Assembly: GCA_963663185.1 (NCBI GenBank)
Contig: OY760135.1
Coordinates: forward strand, 2,223,611 to 2,287,610
Length of the DNA stretch: 64,000 nt
Source of the DNA: Dehalococcoidia bacterium
GTDB taxonomy: Bacteria; Chloroflexota; Dehalococcoidia; Bin125
Direction of reading: 5' to 3'
The number at the start of each line of letters is the position of its first letter. Position 1 is the first letter of the stretch. This document shows, in pieces, positions 9,303 through 19,441 of the stretch. Below the pieces are notes generated by a model. That model ran no database searches and was not told where the DNA came from. It saw nothing but the letters and a program-made list of their open reading frames with translations. A program made the translations under genes and the position numbers.

Positions 9303-10544
9303 CTAAATCACGTGTCGCGCGCGCAGGTCGCTGAGATCATTCTCAGAGAGTCCCAGCTCGCCGTACACCTCGGCGTTGTGCTGACCAAGCGTCGGCGCCG
9401 GATAGCGGTATTCGATCTCGTTGTGGGAGAGCTTGACGAACGGCCCGGGGAAGCGCACCGGGTCCGGCCAATGCGGCATGTCGTGTTCGCGCCAGAACTC
9501 ACGCGCCTCAAACTGCTCGGAGTTTGCGACTTCATCAACGGTCGTGACCGGCACGATCAGCAGCGATCTCGCCTGGGCTTCGCGGAAGAGCGTTTCTCGT
9601 GAACGCTTGCTGAGGAAGGCGCCGACGACTTCCATCAGGCGATCCCATTCGGAGAGTGGGCGAGCGCCGGAGATGAATTCCGCGCCAAGCCCGATCCAGT
9701 CCAGGTCGCGGTCAGCGAGATCGCACTCGCCTTCTTCATGGATCCACTCGAAGAGTCGGCGCGAGAACGGTCCGATACCAGATCCGAAGAGAAAAGTGAG
9801 CGAGATGTACCCGTCGCTGGCGGGCCAGATCAGCTTGCCGGTGAACGGTCCGACGGCCATGCCGCCTGCGACGCGAGGCGTCTCATTGGCGCCGATCGAA
9901 TGCGCGAGGATCGCAGACATCGTGGCCGCGGCGACCGCCTGTTGGGCGGAGATGTCGACGTGTTGCCCTCGTCCGATGGCGCGACGCGCTCGCAGCGCGA
10001 TCAAGGCCGCGCTGGCCGCCTCGCCCGACGCGTGCGACCACGCCTGCGGCACGGACACGCGGACCGGCGGATCACCCTGTCCACCGGTCAGAATCAGCGG
10101 TCCGCCGGCGGCCATCAGAATCAGGTCTGTGGACTGATAACGAGCCTTCGGTCCGTGCTGACCGAAGGCTGAAATGGAGGTGTAGATCAGCTGATCATGA
10201 TCGGCGGCGAGATTGGCGTAGCCGAGTCCGCGCGCAGACATGGCGCCAGGATCATCTGACTCGATCACGAAATCGGCCGTCTGCGCGAGCTGACGCACGA
10301 GCGATTGACCGTCAGGATGGTCCAGATCGCAGGTGATGCCGCGCTTGTTGCGGGCGTACGCCCACCAGAACAGCGAGGTGTCAGGACTGACCTGATCACC
10401 GGCGAACGGCCCGATCGCGCGAGCTGAGGATCCGCTCGGCGGTTCGATGCAGATGACGTCAGCGCCGAGATCGGCCAGGATCTGACCGGCCAGCATGCCG
10501 CGCTCATTCGTCATGTCAAGGACGCGATAAGGGGAAAGCAACAT
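9303..10544 (-). CDS. Family-III CoA-transferase (CaiB/BaiF family)
   Basis: YRVLDMTNERGMLAGQILADLGADVICIEPP, about 413 aa. Confidence 0.85.
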   Translation of the reverse strand: MLLSPYRVLDMTNERGMLAGQILADLGADVICIEPPSGSSARAIGPFAGDQVSPDTSLFWWAYARNKRGITCDLDHPDGQSLVRQLAQTADFVIESDDPGAMSARGLGYANLAADHDQLIYTSISAFGQHGPKARYQSTDLILMAAGGPLILTGGQGDPPVRVSVPQAWSHASGEAASAALIALRARRAIGRGQHVDISAQQAVAAATMSAILAHSIGANETPRVAGGMAVGPFTGKLIWPASDGYISLTFLFGSGIGPFSRRLFEWIHEEGECDLADRDLDWIGLGAEFISGARPLSEWDRLMEVVGAFLSKRSRETLFREAQARSLLIVPVTTVDEVANSEQFEAREFWREHDMPHWPDPVRFPGPFVKLSHNEIEYRYPAPTLGQHNAEVYGELGLSENDLSDLRARHVI

Positions 10545-10653
10545 CGGTTTCCGCTCCGATCCACATGCGCTCAGGCTATCGCAAGCGAGTCAGTCAGCGT
10601 GGCCCTTGTTTGTATGAGCGCGCCTCGTTTGATGGGCTACTCTGGCGCTTGAA

Positions 10654-11697
10654 GTGGAGGCCAGCATGAGCAAGATTTCTGCAGACCCTCGAATCGACCC
10701 GCGCATCAAGGCGGTCTTCGGCGGATTGGACGCCTTTGCTCAACCTGACGCCGCGTCGCGCGAAGAGGTCATTGAGCGTGCCAACGCGGCTCAGAGCAGC
10801 GAGCAACTGGAAGGGCTGATCGCCTTCCTGGCCATGTGCGATACGGAAGAGATTGCGCCATCGGACGGGTTGACGTTCCGGACGTTCACGTTCAAGTCTG
10901 AGCCTGACGGCAACATCGTCCAGATTCGCCTCATTCGGCCCGAGATCGATGAGCCGTTGCCCTGTGTCTACTACATCCACGGCGGCGGCATGGCTCGGAT
11001 GTCGTGCTTCGACCCCAACTACCAGGCGTGGGGTCGGATCATCGCTCAGAACGGCGTGGCAGTTGCAATGGTTGATTTCCGCAACAGCGTGGTGGCATCG
11101 TCGGCGCCTGAGGTGGCGCCGTATCCCGGCGGTCTGAACGACTGCGCGTCGGGCCTGAGGTGGGTCGCCGACCACGCGGAGCGATTGGGGATTGATGCCT
11201 CGCGGATGATCATCGCTGGCGAGAGCGGCGGCGGCAATCTGACCCTCGCGACCGGCCTCAAGCTCCTGCGCGACGGCGACATTGAACTGGTCAAGGGGCT
11301 CTACGCGCTCTGTCCCTACATCGCCGGCAGTTGGCCGCGCGATGACCTGCCGTCGTCAACCGAGAACAACGGCATCCTGCTCGACCTGCACCACAACGGC
11401 GGCGCGATGGGCTACGGCTGGGACGCGTTTGCTTCCGAGGACCCGCTCGCCTGGCCGTCGTTCGCGTCTGAGGAGGATGTGCGCGGCTTGCCCTTGACGG
11501 TGATCTCGGTGAACGAGTGTGATCCGTTGCGCGACGAAGGGATTGCGTTCTACCGCTTGTTGCTGCGAGCGGGCGTATCGGCTCGCTGCCGTCAGGTGAT
11601 GGGTACGGTTCATGGCACCGAGGTGTTCCCGCTCGCCTGCCCCGATGTCTCACGAGACACGGCGAGGGACCTGTCAACCCTGGCGATCGGAGGCTGA
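10654..11697 (+). CDS. Alpha/beta-hydrolase fold-3 esterase/lipase (HSL family)
   Basis: YYIHGGGM (HGGG oxyanion motif), IAGESGGGNL (nucleophile elbow), and a C-terminal D/H. Confidence 0.8.
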   Translation: MEASMSKISADPRIDPRIKAVFGGLDAFAQPDAASREEVIERANAAQSSEQLEGLIAFLAMCDTEEIAPSDGLTFRTFTFKSEPDGNIVQIRLIRPEIDEPLPCVYYIHGGGMARMSCFDPNYQAWGRIIAQNGVAVAMVDFRNSVVASSAPEVAPYPGGLNDCASGLRWVADHAERLGIDASRMIIAGESGGGNLTLATGLKLLRDGDIELVKGLYALCPYIAGSWPRDDLPSSTENNGILLDLHHNGGAMGYGWDAFASEDPLAWPSFASEEDVRGLPLTVISVNECDPLRDEGIAFYRLLLRAGVSARCRQVMGTVHGTEVFPLACPDVSRDTARDLSTLAIGG

Positions 11698-11773
11698 CTC
11701 CAAAGCCGCAGCCGACCATGGAGGAGAGCCGGAGCGGAGCGGCAGGCCGCTCGATCAGCGAAGGACGATTCGC

Positions 11774-12754
11774 TTAGGCGCCGCGCAGGCGCGGGTCGAG
11801 GACATCGCGGAGCGCGTCGCCGAGCAGGTTGAAACCCAGTACCAGCACCATGATCGCGCCGCCCGCAAACACGGTCTGCCACGGATGCAGATCGAGCGAG
11901 CCGCGACCTGCCTGCACCATCTGACCCCAGCTCGGAATGCCCTGCGGTCCCGCGCCGAGGAAGGAGATTGACGCCTCAGCCAGAATGTAGGCGCCGATGC
12001 CGATGCTGAACGCGATGATCAGCACCGCGACGACGTTCGGCAGCACATGGCGGACCATGATTCGCAAGTCGGAAGCGCCGACGACGCGAGCAGCGAGCAC
12101 GAACTCGGACTCGCGCACGGCGAACACGGCTGACCGGATTAATCTGGTGGTGATCGCTAATCCGGCTACTCCGAGCCAGAGCACCACATTCAGCACCGAA
12201 CGCTCCGTAATCTGCGTGAAGACCAGCACGAGCACCAGGAAAGGGATTGCCTGCAACATGTCGACGATGCGTTGAATCAGCAGGTCCACGATCCCGGCGT
12301 AGTAGGCGGAGATCATGCCGATCACGAGGCCGCCTACCACCGCAATGATCGACGCGCCGAGACCCACGATCAGGCTGAGTCGCGAACCGTGGATGACCTG
12401 CGACCAGATGTCGCGCCCGAACTTGTCGGTGCCAAAGAGATGCTCGCCACCCGGTTCCTCAAACTGATTCACCGTGACCGGCGATCCAATGTCCGGATTC
12501 CGGGCCAGCTCGACCACGGTCGGGTTGGACTTGTAGTCAGGATTGGGCGCCTCGAAGATCACATCCGGGTCGTGACGTTCGATCACCGTTGCCAGCAGCG
12601 CCACCAGCATGAACACGACCACGATGATCAGGCCGGTGCCGCCCAGGGGCTTGCCGCGAAGGAACCGTCCCAGAGCCTTGACCCCGGATGAGGCGCGATC
12701 CAGCACAGTCGGGTCGCGCAGCGGGATGACGGTGGTGTCGACGATCTGACTCAT
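11774..12754 (-). CDS. ABC transporter permease, DppC/OppC type
   Basis: Multi-TM protein with the EAA-like loop ...ASISFLGAGPQ... Confidence 0.85.
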   Translation of the reverse strand: MSQIVDTTVIPLRDPTVLDRASSGVKALGRFLRGKPLGGTGLIIVVVFMLVALLATVIERHDPDVIFEAPNPDYKSNPTVVELARNPDIGSPVTVNQFEEPGGEHLFGTDKFGRDIWSQVIHGSRLSLIVGLGASIIAVVGGLVIGMISAYYAGIVDLLIQRIVDMLQAIPFLVLVLVFTQITERSVLNVVLWLGVAGLAITTRLIRSAVFAVRESEFVLAARVVGASDLRIMVRHVLPNVVAVLIIAFSIGIGAYILAEASISFLGAGPQGIPSWGQMVQAGRGSLDLHPWQTVFAGGAIMVLVLGFNLLGDALRDVLDPRLRGA

Positions 12755-12775
12755 CTGCGTCTCTCTCTGGGCTCT

Positions 12776-13732
12776 TTAGGACAGCCGAATGCGCGGGTCA
12801 ATGACGCCGTACATGATGTCGACCGCGAGGTTGGTAAGTACGGTGAACACGGCGATGATCAGGACCACGGACTGGAAGACGGGATTGTCACGCGCGAACA
12901 GCGCGGTCAGCACCTTGTTGCCGATGCCGGGGATGTTGAACATGTTCTCGAGGATGACTTGCGAGCCGATGATCGTGGCGATGGTGACGCCCATCACCGT
13001 CAGCACCGGCAACAGCGCGTTGCGGAGGGCGTGTCGGATGATCACGACCGTTTCACGCAGACCCTTGGCGCGAGCGGTGCGCACGTAGTCCTGCCGCATC
13101 ACCTCCAGCATCTGCGACCGCAGCAACCGCATCGTCGCGGCGGTCCCGGCGAAGCCGCCGGCAAGCATCGGGATCAGATACCAGGTAATCGCCCCCTGCG
13201 GGTCCTCCCAGATATGCGGCTGTCCGATCACATCGATCAGGAAGAGGTCCCATTCGAGCACAAGCAGTGAAGCGATCGCCGCCGTCCAGAAGACGGGCGC
13301 GGCGAGCGCCAGAATCGCGAGCGTGCGCAGAATGTAATCAGCCGGCTTGTCCTGGAAGATGGCGGACAGCAGACCGACCGGAATCGCGACGCTGAAGCCG
13401 ACGATCATGATCAGGATGCCGAGCTCAATCGAATAGGGAAGCGAGCGCCCGATTTCGTACCAGACGCTGTTCTGCGTCAGGAAGGAGGTGCCGAGGTCGA
13501 GCCGGATGGTGTCCCAGAGCCAGTTGGCGTACTGATCGGCGATGGAGCCATCAAGACCGAGGTCGGATCGGCGCTGCTCAATGTTTTCGGCCGTCGCGCT
13601 GCCGGCGTCGAGTCCCAGCGAGGCAGTCGCAAAGTCGCCCGGCAATACGCGGATCGCAAAGAAGGAGAAGGTGCCGACGAGAAAGACGACGAAGGCGGCG
13701 CCGATCACTCTGCGGATGATGTATCCCTGCAT
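12776..13732 (-). CDS. ABC transporter permease, DppB/OppB type
   Basis: MQGYIIRRVIGAAFVVFLVGTFSFF... is the typical DppB N-terminus. Confidence 0.85.
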   Translation of the reverse strand: MQGYIIRRVIGAAFVVFLVGTFSFFAIRVLPGDFATASLGLDAGSATAENIEQRRSDLGLDGSIADQYANWLWDTIRLDLGTSFLTQNSVWYEIGRSLPYSIELGILIMIVGFSVAIPVGLLSAIFQDKPADYILRTLAILALAAPVFWTAAIASLLVLEWDLFLIDVIGQPHIWEDPQGAITWYLIPMLAGGFAGTAATMRLLRSQMLEVMRQDYVRTARAKGLRETVVIIRHALRNALLPVLTVMGVTIATIIGSQVILENMFNIPGIGNKVLTALFARDNPVFQSVVLIIAVFTVLTNLAVDIMYGVIDPRIRLS

Positions 13733-13759
13733 GTCGCCGCGATTCGTTTCTCAATCAGG

Positions 13760-13917
13760 CCCTCTGAGAGGGTTGCATTTGTTCCCCGGCATCGCCCCTG
13801 TTAGAGGGCTGCCACTCATACCACCGCCCTCAAGTTCGAAGTTCGAAGTTCGAGGATCTGCTACAGGCTAGAGGGGGTGCCCTCCTGCCTCCGGCATCTC
13901 CCCCCTCAGGGGGGAGA
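13760..13917. repeat. Structured spacer within the ABC operon: hairpins ccctc-tga-gaggg and tctcccccc-tca-ggggggaga, plus a triple gttcgaa 7-mer
   Basis: 260-bp spacer between the binding-protein gene and the first permease gene. A second tandem (tgacgcatgg x2) lies at 13945-13964. Confidence 0.5.
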
Positions 13918-13992
13918 AAGCGGATTGCCAGCTGCTCTCCCGCTTGACGCATGGTGACGCATGGAGAGCGCAGGGAGTGAGCCGTGTTCAGA

Positions 13993-15996
13993 TCAGAGCG
14001 GCACAGGCGACGGCGCCTGGCGGTCTGACGCCGACGGGTCGTCCAGATCGAGGTAGTGCTCCATCGCCTGCAGACTGACGGCGAGGAAGTTCCAGCCTTC
14101 CTCGTCAGTCTTCCTCTCGATCTTGTTGTAGTTGTAGCCGATCCACGGGAAGATGTAGTTGTAACAGATGCTGCGACCGAATTGGCCGCGCTCCATCACG
14201 TAGTCCTGCACCTCTCGCACCATGTCGAAGGCCTTCTCGTAGTCAAGCTCCTGCTTGGCCGCCGTCAGCGTGTCGTCGATGAACGCGTCCGAGACCTCCC
14301 AGTAGTTGGAGCCGGCGCCGGTGGTGAAGGCGCCGATCATGTCGGCCCGCGCGTCGGGAATCTCGATGTTCGGAATCCAGCTGAAGAACGGATCGAAGTC
14401 CTTGTTGATCCAGGACGGGATGATCTCCAGGTATGGCTTGGTGATGCCGTTGAACTGGTCCGTATCGAACGCCTTGTTGAACATCTCGGCGACGATGCCC
14501 GGCGTGGCCGACCATGCCGCGCGAGAGGCCCAGAGTTCGGACGTGACCCAATCGATCTGACCCAAGTCCGGTCCGCCGGCGGCATTCCAGAGCGCGCGCG
14601 CTTCCTCGATATCCGCGTCCTTGTCGACCCGGTAGCCGGGAATCGTCTCCATCTCTTCCTGCGGAATCGCCCACGCCTCCTGCATCCAGGAGACTGGACC
14701 GGAGACTTTGCCGAGTCCGTTGTGCAGCTGTTGGATCAACTGTCGACGGTTGGTGGCGAGGTCGATCGCCCGCGTCAAGCGCAGGTCGTTCCAGGGCGGC
14801 TTGTTCGAAGGCGTGAAGATCGCCACCGTGTTGGCCACACCCTGGAAGGTGAGATACGTCTCGTCGATCAGGCTGTCGTGGATCGCCAGAATCGTATTCG
14901 GGTCCGGGTCGGTCATCGAGTCGACCTGCTTCTGCTCGAACGCGATGCGATAGGCGTTGGGGTCCTGGAAGGTTTGCACCCAGACCCAGCCGTCAAGGTA
15001 TGGCTGCTGCTCGAGACCGTAGAAGTTGGGGTTCTTGACGGCGGAGATGCCCTCGCCCGGGTCCCAGCGCGTGAGGATATTCGGCCCCGTGCCGATCACC
15101 CTGGAGGCGTCGACTTCTGTGTATTGGTCCTCGGTGCCGCCGACCAGCTCGGGCTGGTTGATCAGGTTGAACTCATTGGCCAGACCCTGGATGAAGGTGG
15201 CGTCCGGTTCGACCAGGTTCAGGGTGACGCTGCCGCCAGCCTGATCGAGGCTGTCAATCCCGCCCCAATAGGCGCTGCGTCCGAAGTTGCCCGCTTCTTC
15301 ACCATTTTCCAGCAGCTTGTTGCGCTGCCGGTCAATGTTCCAGACGATGTCTTCGGTTGTGAGCGCGCGTCCGGAAGCGGCAGACGGGTGAGCGGCGCCA
15401 GGTCCCTGGTCATGCCAGTTGACGCCGTCGCGCAAGTGCAGCAAGATCGTGGTGGCGTCGGGCGCCTCCCAGGATTCCGCGAGGTCGCCGACCAGTTCAC
15501 CGCTGTCCGGGTTGGAAAAGCGCAGCAGCTTCGACTGCACGCGTGCGAGCACCTGCAGCACCGGCGAGGCGACCGTTCGCTGGGCGTCATAGGTCTCGTA
15601 CACGTTGGCCGACTGCTCAACGAGGTAGCCGCCGTATTGCTTGGCCGAAGCGACTGCGGCCTGCTGCTGCATCGCCTGCTGCTGCTGCATCGCCTGATCG
15701 TCGCTCGACTGCGTCTGCGCGTCCTGTTGAGCAGCCTGCTGGCCAGCTTGCTGCTCGGCCTGCTGCTGCATCGCTTGCTGCTGCTGCATGGCCTGTTGCG
15801 ACTGCTGCGCAGCCTGTTCCTGCTGCTGTTGGGTTTGCCGGACCTGAGCCGCAGACTGGCTGTCGTCATCGTCATCGCCGCAACCGACGAGCGCCAACCC
15901 GGCGGCACCGACGCCCGCGCGAGCCGAGGCGCGCAAAATGCCGCGTCGACTCATCCGTTTCCGGTTCATTCGTTGCCAGTAGGAACGCTCGCTCAT
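13993..15996 (-). CDS. ABC transporter substrate-binding lipoprotein (family 5, peptide/nickel type) with a Gln/Ala-rich low-complexity linker
   Basis: Start at MSERSYWQRMNRKRMSRRGILRASARAGVGAAGLALVGCG (a Tat-like RR signal plus a lipobox), with GGAGG 7 nt upstream. After the QQAMQQQ repeats comes the SBP_bac_5 core. The ORF's long N-terminal extension back to 16335 looks spurious. Confidence 0.8.
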   Translation of the reverse strand: MSERSYWQRMNRKRMSRRGILRASARAGVGAAGLALVGCGDDDDDSQSAAQVRQTQQQQEQAAQQSQQAMQQQQAMQQQAEQQAGQQAAQQDAQTQSSDDQAMQQQQAMQQQAAVASAKQYGGYLVEQSANVYETYDAQRTVASPVLQVLARVQSKLLRFSNPDSGELVGDLAESWEAPDATTILLHLRDGVNWHDQGPGAAHPSAASGRALTTEDIVWNIDRQRNKLLENGEEAGNFGRSAYWGGIDSLDQAGGSVTLNLVEPDATFIQGLANEFNLINQPELVGGTEDQYTEVDASRVIGTGPNILTRWDPGEGISAVKNPNFYGLEQQPYLDGWVWVQTFQDPNAYRIAFEQKQVDSMTDPDPNTILAIHDSLIDETYLTFQGVANTVAIFTPSNKPPWNDLRLTRAIDLATNRRQLIQQLHNGLGKVSGPVSWMQEAWAIPQEEMETIPGYRVDKDADIEEARALWNAAGGPDLGQIDWVTSELWASRAAWSATPGIVAEMFNKAFDTDQFNGITKPYLEIIPSWINKDFDPFFSWIPNIEIPDARADMIGAFTTGAGSNYWEVSDAFIDDTLTAAKQELDYEKAFDMVREVQDYVMERGQFGRSICYNYIFPWIGYNYNKIERKTDEEGWNFLAVSLQAMEHYLDLDDPSASDRQAPSPVPL

Positions 15997-16121
15997 TGCA
16001 TCCTCCGGATGATTCGCCCGCCTACCCTGCGAGACGGTGCGCATAGTCAGTAAACGTACACGATCAGCGCGGCTTCCGCGAAACTGTTGACATAATTGGC
16101 ACCAGAGCGGAGGGTGATGGC

Positions 16122-16439
16122 TTGACGCGAGCGATTCGAGAGCTAACCCTGCGCGCCGTGCCGATCTGGCTGCTGCGCGAATATCTGGAGCAACTTGGCG
16201 CGACGGAGATCGCGCCGCCCTCACCGGGCGCGACCGATCCCGACGGCGTGACGCGTCCGCACGGCGCGATGTCGGGCGATGGCTGGACCGTGCTCTGGCG
16301 GACGGATCAGCGTCCGATACATCCTCGTTTGCCAACCAGGATGGACGAGCATCACTTCGTCTTCACGGCAGAATCTGAAGCGGCGCTCGAGTCGCTGCTG
16401 GAGCGATTCATGCTCAAGGCGCACCGCGGCGGCGGTTGA
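16122..16439 (+). CDS. Hypothetical small protein (TTG start)
   Basis: Intact 105-aa ORF in the divergent region ahead of the CoA-transferase genes. No recognisable motif. Coding status is uncertain. Confidence 0.3.
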   Translation: MTRAIRELTLRAVPIWLLREYLEQLGATEIAPPSPGATDPDGVTRPHGAMSGDGWTVLWRTDQRPIHPRLPTRMDEHHFVFTAESEAALESLLERFMLKAHRGGG

Positions 16440-16537
16440 AGCGACATCCTGCTCCCTGCGACCTATCATGATCCTGTTTGCGGCGTTGTTTGACATGTCC
16501 GTCCTGTCAGTCAGTCATGTCAGCCTGGAGATGTCAC

Positions 16538-17755
16538 ATGCCTGGACCACTTGACGGCGTGCGCGTGTTTGACCTGACGCTGTGGATGGTCGGGCCGTGG
16601 GCGTCGATGCAGCTCGGCGCGCTGGGCGCGGACATCATCCACATTGAGCAGCCGGGCGTCGATCCGCGCACCCTGGGCGCTGGCGTGCCTCCGTCGATTC
16701 ACGGGACGTCAGTCGGATACATCACCTGGAACATGAACAAACGCGGGCTGTTTCTCGACCTGAAATCGCCCGCCGACCGACAGACCGCGTACGAGTTACT
16801 ACAGACCTGCGATGTGTTTCTGATCAATATGCGACCCGGCGCGGCTGATCGCATGGGCGTCGGCTATGAGCAGGTCGCCGCGATCAATCCCAACATCATC
16901 TACACCGCCATCACTGGTTGGGGCGAACTCGGTCCTATGCGCGACAAGCCCGGCGCCGATGTGCAGTGCCAATATTTCACCGGTTTCTGGTCGGTCAACG
17001 GCAAGCGTGACGGTCGGCCTGAAGTCTACCGACATTTCACGCAGATGGATGCCAGCACCGGCAATGTCGCCGCGCAAGCGGTGCTGATGGGTCTGCTGGC
17101 GCGTAAGAGGACCGGACAGGGGCAGCGCATCCATGTCGGGATGCTGCGGGCTGGCATGGCGCTACAGAGCGGGCGCATCGCCGAGTACCTGGCAACCGGC
17201 GCGCAGCCGCAACCACTCGGCTCCGCCGGATTCGCCGCCGCTCCCGATCAGGCGTTTCAATGTCAGGGCGGCGACTGGATCGGCGTTGCCGCGACCAGCG
17301 AAGAGGAATGGCAACGCCTCTGCGAGGCCATGCGCGAGTCGGAAGCTGAGCTGCACGGTTTGAACGATCTCGCATCGGATCCGCGCTTCGCGACCAATCT
17401 CGACCGCGTCGCGCACCGCGATGCGCTGGCGCCGCTGCTGCAGGATGCCTTCCGTCAGCGACCGCGCCACTACTGGATGTTGCGTCTGAACGAGGTCGGC
17501 GTGCCTTGCGGATACCCGCTCACGTTCGAGTCTCTGCAACATCACGCGCAGGCAATCGAAAACGGCTACCTACGCGAGGTGACGACATCCGGTTGGGGCG
17601 ATGTCTGGACGGGTGGTCCGCCGTGGGAGCTGTCGAGGACGCCGGCACGGTGGTTCGGCGCGCCGCTGCCGGGCGAACACACTGGCGAGATCCTCGACGA
17701 TCTCTCACAGCGCAGAGCGTCGACAGAGGCGCCAACGCCAGTGGTCGGCGACTAG
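16538..17755 (+). CDS. Family-III CoA-transferase (CaiB/BaiF family)
   Basis: MPGPLDGVRVFDLTLWMVGPWASMQLGALGADIIHIE. Confidence 0.85.
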   Translation: MPGPLDGVRVFDLTLWMVGPWASMQLGALGADIIHIEQPGVDPRTLGAGVPPSIHGTSVGYITWNMNKRGLFLDLKSPADRQTAYELLQTCDVFLINMRPGAADRMGVGYEQVAAINPNIIYTAITGWGELGPMRDKPGADVQCQYFTGFWSVNGKRDGRPEVYRHFTQMDASTGNVAAQAVLMGLLARKRTGQGQRIHVGMLRAGMALQSGRIAEYLATGAQPQPLGSAGFAAAPDQAFQCQGGDWIGVAATSEEEWQRLCEAMRESEAELHGLNDLASDPRFATNLDRVAHRDALAPLLQDAFRQRPRHYWMLRLNEVGVPCGYPLTFESLQHHAQAIENGYLREVTTSGWGDVWTGGPPWELSRTPARWFGAPLPGEHTGEILDDLSQRRASTEAPTPVVGD

Positions 17756-17756
17756 G

Positions 17757-18911
17757 ATGCGTGGCCCGTTGGACGGCTATCGCGTGGTCGAGATTGCTGA
17801 GGGCGTTGCCGGCCCGTATACCGCCATGTCGCTCGGCGACGCCGGCGCAGACGTGATCAAGATCGAGCCGCCGTCAGGAGACCGAGCGCGTGGTTGGTCG
17901 CCGCAAACCGAGAGCGGAACCTCAGCTCTGTTTCAGGCGCTCAACCGCAGCAAGCGCGGCATCATGCTGGACTGGTCGTCAGAACGGGACCTCGAGACTG
18001 CCGAGCAACTACTCAGCAGCGCAGATGTCGCGATCGTCGACAAGGTCGGGCTGCCTGAATCATTGAACTGGGAATCACTCGATGCTCCTGGTCTCGTGTA
18101 TTGCGCGTTCTCCGGATTCGGGCCGCGCGGTCCCTGGCGCGAACGGCCGATCTCCGAGTTGGCGGCGCAGATGGCGAGTGAGGCGACGGCATCACTGGGC
18201 GTCATCGGCGAGGAACCGGTGCGGCACGGAGGCGACATCGGCTCGATGTACTCAGCCAACTACGCGATCCAGGCCATCTGCGCCGCGTTGTACGCACGTA
18301 ATGATACTCAGCCCTCCCGACCGACAGGCGGTCAACGGATCGAAGTGTCACTCTTCGGAAGCTTGCTGGCCATGCGATCGACGTTGTGGGTGGCGCTGTC
18401 GAATCCAGACGAATGGTGGGGCTTCCACCTGGACTCGTATGTGAAGCCGCCAGACCACGGCTATCAGTGTCGCGACCTGCCAATCTACTTCTCGCTGGCG
18501 CGGATCCGCGGCGACGCGTTTGAGTCATTGATCGACGAGCTCGGCATGGAGTGGGCTCGGACGCACCCAGACGTTGAGCGTCTGCGGACTGACGGCGCCG
18601 GAGGAGCCGGTCGCTACGCGGCCGAGCTGAAACCGCTCTGGGAGCGCGGCTTTGCCAACTTCAATGCGGCTCAAGTGATCGAGATCGTCGAGCGGCACGG
18701 CGGCTGGGCCTTCCCGATGCACGACTACGAGCGCCTCAGTCAGGATGCGCAGGTCGAGGCGGTAGGCGCGATCATTGAGCTCGAGCAGAGCGACGGCCTC
18801 GTGCTGTCTCAGGTGGCGCCGCCGTGGGACTTCGAGGGCACGCCAACAGCGGTTACTCGTCCGGCCCCAGGACTCGGCCAACATCAAGAGGAAGTACTGT
18901 CGGGAGCTTAA
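17757..18911 (+). CDS. Family-III CoA-transferase (CaiB/BaiF family)
   Basis: MRGPLDGYRVVEIAEGVAGPYTAMSLGDAGADVIKIEPP. Its start sits 1 nt after the previous stop. Confidence 0.85.
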   Translation: MRGPLDGYRVVEIAEGVAGPYTAMSLGDAGADVIKIEPPSGDRARGWSPQTESGTSALFQALNRSKRGIMLDWSSERDLETAEQLLSSADVAIVDKVGLPESLNWESLDAPGLVYCAFSGFGPRGPWRERPISELAAQMASEATASLGVIGEEPVRHGGDIGSMYSANYAIQAICAALYARNDTQPSRPTGGQRIEVSLFGSLLAMRSTLWVALSNPDEWWGFHLDSYVKPPDHGYQCRDLPIYFSLARIRGDAFESLIDELGMEWARTHPDVERLRTDGAGGAGRYAAELKPLWERGFANFNAAQVIEIVERHGGWAFPMHDYERLSQDAQVEAVGAIIELEQSDGLVLSQVAPPWDFEGTPTAVTRPAPGLGQHQEEVLSGA

Positions 18912-19006
18912 GTCTCGGTCACCTTGACGCGCAGATCCGATGCCACGTTCGCGCGATCCGAAACGTGACAGTAGTCGCCTTGATTATCCCGGCATGAGCT
19001 GTGGAA

Positions 19007-19441
19007 TTATGCAGGCGACGGCCGAAATACAGGCAACGTAATCTCGTCGTTGACCTGGCGAAAATCGACCTCGACCGTGAGGTCGCAGCTGACATCCGCG
19101 TCGTCGATATCGACGAGCGTGGAGTACATGTACGGACCTTCTTCAAGCTTGATCAGCGCGACCGTATAAGGGTACTCTTGCGGCGACCAACCAGGAAAAT
19201 ACTTCTGCCACATACGAATCCAGGACCAGACCGTACCTTGTCCAGAGATAGGACGCCACTCCCAGTTGTCCTGCAGGCAACGCGGACACGCCTCAGCCGG
19301 TGGAAACCAGGGTAGGTCGCAGATGTTGCAGAACTGAATCTGCAATACGCCTTCACGACACCCGTCCCAGAACGGCTTCGTGAGGCCTGTGACCGGCGGC
19401 AGCGGCTTTTCGTATGATTGCGCTTCAGTTTGAGTCGTCAT
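19007..19441 (-). CDS. Zn-ribbon/OB-fold protein (DUF35), the thiolase partner
   Basis: C..C...C..C ribbon (CNICDLPWFPPAEACPRC) followed by an OB fold. ATGA overlap with the upstream thiolase gene. Confidence 0.8.
   Translation of the reverse strand: MTTQTEAQSYEKPLPPVTGLTKPFWDGCREGVLQIQFCNICDLPWFPPAEACPRCLQDNWEWRPISGQGTVWSWIRMWQKYFPGWSPQEYPYTVALIKLEEGPYMYSTLVDIDDADVSCDLTVEVDFRQVNDEITLPVFRPSPA

Noticed and set aside
14056-16053. 665-aa plus-strand ORF
   Set aside because: Antisense shadow of the substrate-binding-protein gene (the Leu/Arg/Val-rich 'LLLHRLLL' comes from the Q-repeat read on the opposite strand).
16336-16496. 91-aa minus-strand ORF 16221-16496 and the N-terminal extension of the binding-protein ORF up to 16335
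   Set aside because: The binding protein has a much better start at 15996 (ribosome-binding site, signal peptide and lipobox). The upstream extension is Arg/Ala-rich with no signal-peptide logic.
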